DNA of 64,000 nucleotides, taken from Tetramitus jugosus. Its lineage: Eukaryota > Protista > Heterolobosea. Positions 45,570 through 55,207 of this stretch are shown piece after piece. The notes under the pieces are model-generated. The model was not told the origin of the DNA, did not search any database, and saw only the letters and a list, made by a program, of their open reading frames with translations. The position numbers were made by a program, and so were the translations under genes. The stretch spans positions 124,001-188,000 of the forward strand of contig OW569362.1 in the NCBI GenBank assembly GCA_937625935.1, given 5' to 3'. Position 1 is the first letter of the stretch. Every line of letters begins with the position of its first letter.

Positions 45570-45654
45570 GGTGGCGGTCCACTGTCGATCAAACCATAAT
45601 AAAAAAATTATGATTTCCCGAGAAGACACCTTAACGCTCCTACATAATCGGGAC
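45566..45654 (-). ncRNA. Candidate Fanzor omegaRNA scaffold / element right end
   Basis: Lies directly 3' of the Fanzor stop. TCCCGA/TCGGGA stem (45616-21 with 45648-53); 10-bp hairpin (45591-45616); GTGG/CCAC hairpin (45571-82); 8-nt complementarity TTAAGGTG/CACCTTAA (45627-34 with 45566-73). Confidence 0.6.
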
Positions 45655-47541
45655 TTACATAGCAGCTTGATGGAGTGAGCCTTGGAGGTGTTCCACCATT
45701 TTGATTAATTCTTTTGCGACCTTTTTCTTCCTCTTGAAAGCATCGGGACGTGACTGTCCATCCATTTCTGTTCTCAGTAGATGGAGCATGTTCTTGGCCG
45801 CATTGATGTCTCTGTTGTGAGTCACTAAACATTTAGTGGTTGCACACTGTTTAACTCCTCGGACGACAGAGACATTCAACGTTCCATTCTTGTCTATTCT
45901 CTTATGCTTGACTGGCTTGAGTTGACAATGACAGCCATTGCAAATCTGAGAAGTCTTATACTCATCCACCATATGGACTTGGAAATGCTCAGTCATTCTC
46001 TTCAACAATTTGACTTTAGGACTAACCATGTTACCCTTATAACTATTCTTGAATCCACCATTGCCCATCCCAATCAACATACTTCTTCCTTTCGACTTCT
46101 TTTTCAAATCATTCATCACACCAGAAAGAGTCTTGTCTCTCATCATGTAACTGTCCCAATTCAGTTTCTTCACCTTTGAAGAACAATAAAAGTCCAACAA
46201 ATCTTCCTCGACTTCCAAAACCGAATCAATATGTTCTAGGTACAAGTCATTAGACGAGACATTAGAAGTCTTGATCGAGTTGTGGAGTTGATCAACATTC
46301 TTCCCACTCTTCTCATTCCACTGCTTTTGGAATTTCAATAATCGTTTCTTGTTCTTGGAATGGTGAGAGAGGTGATGGTAGGTCTTGTTACTCAACTCCC
46401 ATTTGTTACCGTCATTATCAACACAAGACAATAAGGTAACAATACCGGGATCAATGCCCACCAAGTATTCGAATTGAGGGATTGGAGGTTTTGGATCAAC
46501 CTTTTTCTTCTTGGGTGCCTTTTCCTCTGACTTCTTCTTTTTCACCTTGTGGTTCACATGGTTATCAATCAATTGATGTCTAACAACCACAGAGGCCTGT
46601 ATACCATCTGTTCTCACAGAGTCAATCTGCAACTTCCTTGAACCGACATTCAAACAATCAAGGTTGTATGAAAACACTGGGCCTTTTTGGATCTTGTCTA
46701 ACAATTTTTGAAATTCTTTGGTTCCAATTTCGATACATCTACACCTAAAATGACACTGTGGCAACAAAGTAAATGATTTCCTGTCTTTAGAGATCAAATA
46801 TTTTTGAATGTGCCAGTAAAGTTTGAGAATTTGATTAGGATTCTTTTCGATGTAATCTTCACTCATTGGTTCTTTTGTGCCAACAACGTCATTCACTTCT
46901 TTGATCAATTGAGGGATTAAATAAATCAATTCTTGAGGAGGCAGTTTTTGAAAGTCATACACCTCAGCCGTAAAGATTAATTTTCTAATGATGTAATCAA
47001 TCACTCTTCTTTGTTCACTTTTTGGAATCTTTAAAGATGGATCAATCAATTCTTCCATTCTCAGTCTCAAATAGCGCTTCAATCTTTGCTCCAAAGTGAA
47101 TTGAAACATATTAGAGATATTAGTGGCCAATGATTTGGCAACATAATTGAATGAATCTGAATAGCCATTGTATATTTTTCGCAACTTTTCGATTTCATCA
47201 TTCATGTTGATGGTGGCATTGATTCTTTCAACATTCTTGGTTCTATCAACAGAGTTTCTTCCAAAAAGGACAGAACAAATTCTTTGAATGAAGCCTTGAT
47301 TCACCTCAGGAATATTCACTCGTGATTTCAAGCACTTCAAAACAAAGGAATTGAGGAGCCTAGAGATTCTAATAGCTGCTCTAGTAATTCCTTTTGCTCT
47401 ATCTTCAATCACTGGAACTAAAGAAGGATGATTCTTCAATAGAGATTTCAAACCAACCTTGATGACATAATGAGAAGAATAGTTTTCCTTATTGACTCTT
47501 GTTCTCTTCCTCTTCCCACTCTTGGGTACTCCTCGAGGCAT
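45655..47541 (-). CDS. Fanzor1: Fanzor (eukaryotic TnpB-family RNA-guided RuvC endonuclease), Fanzor1-like, 628 aa
   Basis: RuvC-I VGIDPG (D364), relocated RuvC-II VDEYKTSQ (E527), zinc finger CNGC...CATTKC, RuvC-III HNRDINAAKNM (D578). Fanzor1-type motifs VIKVGL, FTLLP, RTDGIQASV, IGMGNGGF and terminal RPDAF. NLS-like KRKRTR and KRKKK. Intronless. Confidence 0.9.
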   Translation of the reverse strand: MPRGVPKSGKRKRTRVNKENYSSHYVIKVGLKSLLKNHPSLVPVIEDRAKGITRAAIRISRLLNSFVLKCLKSRVNIPEVNQGFIQRICSVLFGRNSVDRTKNVERINATINMNDEIEKLRKIYNGYSDSFNYVAKSLATNISNMFQFTLEQRLKRYLRLRMEELIDPSLKIPKSEQRRVIDYIIRKLIFTAEVYDFQKLPPQELIYLIPQLIKEVNDVVGTKEPMSEDYIEKNPNQILKLYWHIQKYLISKDRKSFTLLPQCHFRCRCIEIGTKEFQKLLDKIQKGPVFSYNLDCLNVGSRKLQIDSVRTDGIQASVVVRHQLIDNHVNHKVKKKKSEEKAPKKKKVDPKPPIPQFEYLVGIDPGIVTLLSCVDNDGNKWELSNKTYHHLSHHSKNKKRLLKFQKQWNEKSGKNVDQLHNSIKTSNVSSNDLYLEHIDSVLEVEEDLLDFYCSSKVKKLNWDSYMMRDKTLSGVMNDLKKKSKGRSMLIGMGNGGFKNSYKGNMVSPKVKLLKRMTEHFQVHMVDEYKTSQICNGCHCQLKPVKHKRIDKNGTLNVSVVRGVKQCATTKCLVTHNRDINAAKNMLHLLRTEMDGQSRPDAFKRKKKVAKELIKMVEHLQGSLHQAAM

Positions 47542-47942
47542 ACTAATGGTTGTTTGGTTTGATAAAAATGAGATATGATTGTTATTGTATTTGTTGTATG
47601 GTGTATTTGTTGTGTGTTGTATTTGTTGTGTGAGTTGAATCAAACAGCGAAAAGACAGCGCTTTTTAAACCGAGGTAGATGGCCGTTGTCGTTGTAAGGA
47701 CAGTCTCAACGGAAATTTTTACAACTGCACCAATTCCGCAGCTTAGAGGAAACTGATACAACATTTATTGTATTTTTTTATAATATATCCACCTATCTAT
47801 CCAATCTTGAACCAAACGAAAGACAACGAAAAACTTTCTCTCTGACACGACAACAACAACAACGAAAAACACAAGTCGCACAACGAACATCAACAACAAC
47901 AACCAAATCAATCAAAAAAGATGGAGAGTCGACAAGAGGTGT

Positions 47943-48596
47943 CTATTTGCAGTGTGCATTGTAGATTCTCTGAGCAAGTTTCAAGTAGGAGAATACAAGC
48001 GGTACCAATGTGTATTGAATTCTCTTGACACCACCCTGACCAAAGTGCTTTCTGGCTGCGGCCAAAACTTTAAACAATTGATCAGTATCGCTATTATCAA
48101 ACAAATGAACCAATCTGGCAATCAAGTTCTGTTCTTCTTCGAAATCTTCGAGCAATGTTGCAGCTATTGGTGAGTCGTCAGAAGGTGAGAATGTTGTTTG
48201 GTCTTCATCCTTCAACAGTGGACGAATCAAATCAAACAGTTTGTTCACTTGTTCAAATGTTGAAATCTTGTGTCCATTGTCAAGTGCGCATCTCACAATG
48301 CTCAGTGCAATAAACTTTCTCTGTTCATATCCAAGAGAATGAATAATATCACCATACTTCTCCAACTTCAAAACTGTTAGCACATTGTTGTATGACTCGA
48401 GTGGCACCAACAACAATCGCTTCAACATGTCTACAATTTCATCTGAAGCTAGTGCAGTGCTATTCAATTGACTAGCAATGTTATTAATAATCTTGTTGAC
48501 ATAGTCAGTGTTATCAGGATATGTTTGAAGAGCAAGTGTCATCAATAAGATCTGAATACTCAAGTTATCGGACAATTCGGACAATTCAACATCTCT
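47943..48596 (-). pseudogene. VPS35: Internal fragment of retromer VPS35, truncated at both ends
   Basis: ALQTYPDNTDYVNKI, LLLVPLESYNNVLTVLKL, FEEEQNLIARLVHL and ARKHFGQGGVKRIQYTLVPLVF match mid-VPS35. Only ~215 aa of a ~800-aa protein, with no other VPS35 exons nearby; preceded by an acceptor-like CATTAG. Confidence 0.75.
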
Positions 48597-48869
48597 CTAA
48601 TGGTATCAATAGGACAGAATTTGACAAACTTCAGAAAACTCACACTCATCATCAGGTCACTCGCATTCACGATGTCCTTCAGAGTGTTTGTTTTCTGTTT
48701 TTTGCAAGTTTTTTTTGATGAAAAAAATTCGTGAACAAATGGGAAAACAAGGAAAAGGCGCCAAAAGAAGACTTAACCAACAATTGGTAAAGTTGCACCA
48801 TTGGTGCAAGTTTGGAGTCAAAAGAAAAGTAAGAATAACCGATATCCATATTGATTTATTTGTGTATCT

Positions 48870-49697
48870 AGTTGGTTCGTTCCTTGGTGTAGAAGATGTG
48901 TTGAATTTGGTAAGGATCTGAGGAGAATCGTATTCCCAATCATATTCAGGCTCAATCGATGTGGATCTCAAGATCAACAATGGTTGACCAATGTGGGAAG
49001 AGTATTTACTCAACTCCAGAGTTCATCAACTCAAAGATTTGATGGTCCTGCCTCAGATAGTGGTGATATTTTTATTAATGTTGTCTCTGGAGAGTTAACC
49101 ACGTACCCTATAACAACAACAGCACAAGAGTGGATTAACAAGTACAGCATACAACCACCATACTTTTGGGCAAACTTCAGTCCATCATTCACCCAGACAG
49201 CTCTGGCAATGGAGAGCGTTCGATACACGGATCCTCTGTCACACACTTATGCAGATCAACATACAAAGCCGGTGCTAACAATGCAAGGCACATTGGATCC
49301 TCAAACTCCGTACTCCTTTGTCGAAGCTTGGAATCAGCACTACAACCGAAATAACAACTATTTTGTTAGTTTCCCGAATGCAGTTCATGCAACAGCATTC
49401 AGTACTCCAACTTCCTCTCAGACTCAATATATTAACAATTATTGTGGAAGTGTGGTAATGCTAGAATTTATCAAGAATAACAATGGAGTTACCACCAGTT
49501 GTGTATCACAAACTGAGGATGCTACTTTTAACTTTAACGTCCTTCCACAATCTGTAGCTGCTATGACGGGAGGTTTGCCGCTGTGGGATGATAGTGGAAC
49601 AAGCCCAACAGTATCACCCAGCGGTAGTAGCAATGCGGTTCGAGCTTCCATGCCTTTGGTCGCAGTGTTGATGTCTGTTATTCTCCTTTTATTGTAA
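48870..49697 (+). pseudogene. C-terminal part of a GPI-type alpha/beta hydrolase (TAP-like/S33 peptidase), apparently 5'-truncated
   Basis: IIFRLNRC, PVLTMQGTLDPQTP (Asp), FPNAVHAT (His), CG..VMLEFI and a hydrophobic tail. No nucleophile GxSxG exon, signal peptide or ATG-initiated N-terminus seen upstream. Confidence 0.6.
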
Positions 49698-50095
49698 ATA
49701 CAAACAATCAGATTTGCTCTTCCCTTGCATTTAATTGTTCGCGCCATTTTCCCCAAAATCAAAAAAATGATAAGGAACAAGAACAACAACTTGGTGGCGT
49801 CACTGTTGCACAGGAAATCACTACGACGTAGGTGGTGCTCCCTCACAACAATTGTTCAGATCGGTACCTTTTGTGAAGTTCATCTATTTTCGATCGTTGA
49901 ACTTTATTTTGACATCGATCTCCTATAAAAAATTCCGAGTGAACCAGAGATCTACCAAAGATCCATGAAGTCCAGTCAACCCGCAGCTCTCTGCACAACC
50001 TTCAAGTAGTTCTGATCTCACAATATTACCGTTAGTAAAACAAAGTCACACAAAACCTTTTCAACAACACGTTTAGACATACTCATACAGATACA

Positions 50096-51466
50096 ATGGT
50101 TGAATCAGGAATTCTACAACAAGGTGCTCAACAATTCATGGGAGATAGAGTACTAGGCAGTACTACGGCATCCACTTTGGGAACAACAGGCTCTTTCCAG
50201 CAAGTTCCACAACAACAGACATCAGGATTGATGTCGTCTGGTGTTCAACAACCCCCTGGTGGTAGCAGTGGAATCATGGGGTCTCTCTCCTCGTTGGGAC
50301 AACAACAAAGTGGACTGCAACAGCAGGGTGGACTACAACAGCAGGGAGGACTACAACAGCAACCAATGCAGCAACAATCCTCACTTGTTGGACAACAACA
50401 GTACCCAACTTCCTCTGGATTGACAAGCGGAACAACTGGTCAAACCTCTGGCTACTACTCCACTCCATCTCAACAGCAGTTCCAACAACAGCAACCTTTG
50501 GGCAGTGAACGTTTCTACACTTCTCAACCACAACAAATCTCCTCCTCAAGTGGCATCGGTGGAACATCAACCTTCCAACAACCACAGCAACAGCAACAGC
50601 AGTTCCAGCCACAACAACAACTCCAACAACAGCAGTTCCAACCACAACAGCAGTATCAACAACCTATCCAGCAGCAGCAGTTTGTGACTCCATTGACCTC
50701 CTCCACTACTTCTACATTCAGGCAACCCATCACTTCTTCAACTAGTGGTGGCATCTTGTCAAGCAGTGGTATTGGTCGTACTACTACTGGTGGTGGAGTG
50801 CAACGCACTGGTGAAAAGTTGGATGGATTTGACATGTTGTTACAAGATCAAAAGGACATTTTAGAGCTCTATGAGAATCATTACTTGCTCGAGAGAGACA
50901 TGAGTCACAAGAAACAAATTTTGAACTTGTTGATTGAAGAATTGTGTATTCACTCCAGTGTGGATGAAGTCATTGTGTTCCCCTTGTTGGAATTCGTTCT
51001 ACCAGATGGCAAGAGATTGGCCGAGAGAAACTATTGGCAACACTTGCTCAATCGTATCCACTTCCAGAAGATTCTCGAGATGGACACCAATGACAAACTG
51101 TTTGAATCCAGTGTGGAGCACATGATGATCTACATGAAGGACCAATTGAAGATGAACGAGTTTGACATTTATGCCAGAGCAAGACAACGAATGTCCTCGG
51201 ATCAGTTGGCTGTGTTGTACAGATTGGTTGAAGCAGCACGTCAATTGGCACCTACTACTCCCAGAGATAACCACTCATGGTTCAAGGGCAGAATTGTGGA
51301 AGTGTTTGACGATTTGAAGTGTCAGTTGAAACAAAGCTGTGGTAGTAGTGTCGGTGGTAGTGATTGGAAGCAGCAACAGCAACAACAGCAAGGATACTCT
51401 TCATCATCATCTTCCTCCTTCGCATCCTCCTCTGGTGTGGGTGGCAGCAGTCTCAGAAGAATTTAA
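50096..51466 (+). CDS. Q/G/S-rich protein with a degenerate hemerythrin (HHE)-like domain
   Basis: DGFDMLLQDQKDI...LIEELCIHSSVDEVIVFPLL...QH...NEFDIY...APTTPR; N-terminal GGLQQQ and QQQFQPQQ repeats. Confidence 0.7.
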   Translation: MVESGILQQGAQQFMGDRVLGSTTASTLGTTGSFQQVPQQQTSGLMSSGVQQPPGGSSGIMGSLSSLGQQQSGLQQQGGLQQQGGLQQQPMQQQSSLVGQQQYPTSSGLTSGTTGQTSGYYSTPSQQQFQQQQPLGSERFYTSQPQQISSSSGIGGTSTFQQPQQQQQQFQPQQQLQQQQFQPQQQYQQPIQQQQFVTPLTSSTTSTFRQPITSSTSGGILSSSGIGRTTTGGGVQRTGEKLDGFDMLLQDQKDILELYENHYLLERDMSHKKQILNLLIEELCIHSSVDEVIVFPLLEFVLPDGKRLAERNYWQHLLNRIHFQKILEMDTNDKLFESSVEHMMIYMKDQLKMNEFDIYARARQRMSSDQLAVLYRLVEAARQLAPTTPRDNHSWFKGRIVEVFDDLKCQLKQSCGSSVGGSDWKQQQQQQQGYSSSSSSSFASSSGVGGSSLRRI

Positions 51467-51686
51467 ATCATGATGGTAAGAAAGAATGTGTGACATAATG
51501 ACACTACACACTTGTAAATAATTGAAAACAACAATAAAAAGCAACTCGTTGAATACAACCAAACTTCAATTTCGATTCTTCCAAACCAAAAGGAAATCGG
51601 AACAATTGCGTTAAAAATACCTTTGACAACCCAAAACCACAAGCACAACGAAAAACAATCAACCCATCAACCCAACAAATCAACAA

Positions 51687-52810
51687 ATGGTCACCATTAC
51701 CAATGAAGAACTGCCCTATCATAAAACTGTGGGTGAATCAGTTGTCATATTAAAAGACATTTATAAGCATTATGTGATTAGTGGTCGAAATGAATCTGTG
51801 AGAGCACTGGAGCACATTACTCTATGTGAGAATGATGATGATGATGACAATGATGATGGGAATGAAAGTAACAATGGTGATGAATTCTTTGGAATTAAGC
51901 GAGGAGAGTTTATCATGATTAGAGGACCATCTGGTGGAGGAAAGGCAAGTAGTAGTCGCAGTCGCAGTTGTAGTAGTGCTGCTGTTTCTCATGATGATTG
52001 TGTAAAAACACTTGAACAATATTTCTAACACTTGACTTGTTGTGATCACACCCCACACTATCCATCCCACACTATCCATCCCATCCCATCCATCCACCCC
52101 ACCCCACCCTATGCATTATTATACTCACTCTACCTGACTGACGATTGACCGTCAAAACAAAATCAAAAACAAAAACAACAACAAAATACACACTCATACA
52201 GACGACTCTGTTGAATATTATTGGTACGATTGATAGACCGAGTGGTGGAACATTGGAGATTTTGGGACAGGTGGTGAATGAAAAGTCATCGGATGCCTAT
52301 CTGGCTGATTTGAGATTGAAGCGCATCGGGTTCGTCTTCCAGACATTTAATCTGATTGCAACAATGAGTGCGTTTGAGAATGTGGAACTGCCCATGACTC
52401 TCCTGGGCAAGTACAATAAAAAGGACCGAAGAGCACGTGCAAAGCAATTGTTGAGAATGGTGGGACTGGAGGATCGAATGTCTCACTTGCCCAGTGAATT
52501 GTCTGGTGGTGAACAACAACGTGTCACAATTGCACGGTCATTGGCCAACGAACCAGAAATATTGTTGTTGGATGAGCCGACGGGTGATTTGGACACGAGG
52601 AACACGGTGGAGATTATGGATTTGTTGTTGAACATTAATCTCAATCAAAAGACAACCATGATTATGGTGACTCACAACCCAGATGTCGAGTGCTACGCAG
52701 ATCGCATCCTGTACGTCAGTGATGGCAAATTTGTGAAACAGAGCTTGAACGAGATTCAAACACCGCTGCTATTTGAAAAGTATGATGCTTTCCTCAAGAC
52801 CAAAAAATAA
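51687..52810 (+). CDS. Stand-alone ABC ATPase of the LolD/MacB (ABCH-like) type; GC-AG intron 51945-52201
   Basis: Walker A GPSGGGK|TTLL, IGFVFQTFNL, LSGGEQQRV, LLLDEPTGDLD and VTHN; no TM domain. Confidence 0.9.
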
Positions 52811-53188
52811 AAGTTTTGTTGAATACAAACCGACGTTCAATATGATGTTGTATTGTCAACATCTCACTACTCCATGTCTAAGGGTATGTTCTTGTGGGAC
52901 GAGGGATGATCTAAGGTATGTACCTACATATGCAATCAACGATCATCAGATTTTCTATACAGGCAACTTCGGACTGCCACTTCGTACCGTTTTCCACTCA
53001 CTGAGTTGTTCGTGTCAGGTCGTGAATGGATTAATAGTATCAACAAATCAAAGGTTGTCATTGCGTCGGAGTTGAGGGGAAAATACACGGAACTGTACAG
53101 TTTACAGTGGCATCAGCACAGGTCATCCTATCAGTTAAATGTCGAAAAACGATGAGAGTTTGAATCAAAGAATCCACAGCACCAAAAC

Positions 53189-54508
53189 ATGAAATTACAA
53201 TCTATCATAAGAAAACTCAATCCGCGAGTGAGAGCTCACACAACTATAAGCCAATTCCATACGCCAGACCTCAAAGTTGTGAGCTACGATGAATCCAATG
53301 ATGAACCTTACTTCTTTACTAATGATGAAGATGAAATTCCACCCAGGTTGCACGGTGTGGTAAATACTCACGACAAGATTCCGAAGTATCCTCCAAAGAT
53401 TTCCTCACTCTCCAATTCAAAGGTTCCCAAGGTCTACGCTGGAAACAAACAGAGATTCACTTCAGGTAAGAGGGTACCTAGCAACTGGTTGGAGAAAATG
53501 GAGAAGGGTATGGAGGCATCATGGATAGTGTACGTGATATACAAGTTTGCTGGTGAATGTAATGATTTGGTTCTTGACACAGAGTCCTATTGTCTTGTGC
53601 CTCCTTTTGAGTATGAGGGGGCATTAAATAAGTCTGGTAAACAAATTAGTTTTACTGCAAGTGCTTTTCAAGTCACCCCGTACTATGACAAAGATGATAA
53701 GTTGATACTGGCTACTTGTTCTCATAGTATTGTACCTCTCATCAAGAACAACAACAAAATCTACACATTATCAGAAATTATAGCATGTAATGTTGATAGC
53801 CGAGAACTTGATTATCCAAGTGTGATCTGTGAAGTGTTGAAAGATGGAAACGTTGATCAAAAAGCTCATGTGGCTAGTTCTCACGACTATGCTTTCCTAA
53901 TTGCAAAGGAAGTCCCATCAGACCATCCTGACGAAAATGTTGACCACAACAATACCTTTCCCAACTTTCTCATCCCCAGACCAATATCAGCTGTGATAAA
54001 CAGTGAAGAGAAGAAATCGATTGCAGATAATCCTACCGATGGCTATGACCATGTTGTTATAGGTTCTCCAGCACCGGTTAACAAGACTTTCGTTTCCGAA
54101 TTGAACAAACAATTTAAGTCCAAGTACTCCGCCAAACGAATCAATTATCTCCTAGGAACAGATTATCGATCAGTATCCTTGGGACAAGTAGTAGATCATC
54201 ATGGTGAAACATACAATCACACCTCAGGTACTAGTCCAGGCAGTTCAGGTTCGGCCACGATTGTCCTTGAAAGCCCGATTTTCGAGAAATCTAAGTCACC
54301 CTTTCCCGAAATCCTTACCTTCCAAGGAATTCACATTGGGGGAGGGACGTTGAACTATGCCTTCTCTGTTTGCAACAACAATTTTCACAGCGATTACTTA
54401 GAGTATGTGGTTAACAATCTCACAGAACGACAACTTGGGAAATTCAGCACAGATCAGCTCCAGCTGCTGAAGGAGTATATTCAACTCCACTCAGAGAACA
54501 GAGAGTAG
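53189..54508 (+). CDS. Trypsin-like serine protease (divergent)
   Basis: Triad motifs ATCSH, HDYAFL and TSPGSSGSA, followed by QGIHIGG; intronless. Confidence 0.7.
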   Translation: MKLQSIIRKLNPRVRAHTTISQFHTPDLKVVSYDESNDEPYFFTNDEDEIPPRLHGVVNTHDKIPKYPPKISSLSNSKVPKVYAGNKQRFTSGKRVPSNWLEKMEKGMEASWIVYVIYKFAGECNDLVLDTESYCLVPPFEYEGALNKSGKQISFTASAFQVTPYYDKDDKLILATCSHSIVPLIKNNNKIYTLSEIIACNVDSRELDYPSVICEVLKDGNVDQKAHVASSHDYAFLIAKEVPSDHPDENVDHNNTFPNFLIPRPISAVINSEEKKSIADNPTDGYDHVVIGSPAPVNKTFVSELNKQFKSKYSAKRINYLLGTDYRSVSLGQVVDHHGETYNHTSGTSPGSSGSATIVLESPIFEKSKSPFPEILTFQGIHIGGGTLNYAFSVCNNNFHSDYLEYVVNNLTERQLGKFSTDQLQLLKEYIQLHSENRE

Positions 54509-55207
54509 CTGATTCACCCATATTAAACTTTACCTTTTCAAGTCAAAAAAGTAACTCCTCGTTTCAGGAATTATTATGTTTACTACACAGCCAGTCAGAT
54601 AAATGTTGGGCCAAACACCGACAACGCAACAGGGACACTGTAGAATCAGGATCTACGATGCACGAACAGCTCTGAATCGACACGGAACTGAAATACTTCG
54701 TACAGCTCAATATTTTGTTACACGAACATTCGTTATTTTAATGGAATTATTTATGTAATATTTTATAAAATCATAATTATGATTACTTATATAATTGTGT
54801 AATAAGATTATTATGTTAATTTCTCTTGTGATATTACTCGTTTTTAATCATTAATCTTTCGCTTCTCTTTCTTCGTTGTGTTTTCAGAGGGATTATCAAG
54901 GATATTAAGTTCTTACTTCCATGACGGACTCTCCCCAATGGGTATGTGGTGGACTGAATAATGGAACTGACTCGTGTTCGGTCAACTCTCGCTGATACAA
55001 CGCAGTTTACAGACCTATTGCCCACCAAACCTGGTACAAGGCCATGTCTTTGTTATCAAGATATCAGAGTGATCACCAACAATCATACAATCATGGAACA
55101 TACTAAGATGAGGAACAAAACCTAACTATGTGGTGGTTGATTTTTTTTATTAAATGAACTATCTGAGTGATGGACGGGTCGAGGAGAAGGATATTTGTAA
55201 AGTATTT

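Larger units (their letters stand above)
45566..47800 (-). mobile_element. Fanzor-encoding non-autonomous element (left boundary uncertain)
   Basis: Fanzor ORF plus structured 3' end. No transposase in the window, and no convincing TIR or TSD pair found by eye. Confidence 0.5.

Noticed and set aside
43150-45586. Imperfect inverted repeat CAGTGACAGCCA / TGGCGGTCCACTG around the BTB gene
   Set aside because: It needs a gap and a mismatch, has no TA on the right side, and the right copy is better explained as part of the omegaRNA.
47690-47800. Possible left TIR of the Fanzor element (CCGCAGCTTAG at ~47736; CCACCT at ~47789) versus right-end CCGCCACCTTAA
   Set aside because: The matches are short or gapped and give no consistent TSD; the boundary cannot be fixed without other copies.
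53085-54690. 11-bp direct repeat ACACGGAACTG flanking the protease gene
   Set aside because: One 11-mer match within ~2 kb is plausible by chance, and it does not extend into an LTR.
54860-55130. Exon-like stretch after a TTTCAG acceptor
   Set aside because: All frames I read contain stops and I recognise no family; it may be a relic but is unsupported.
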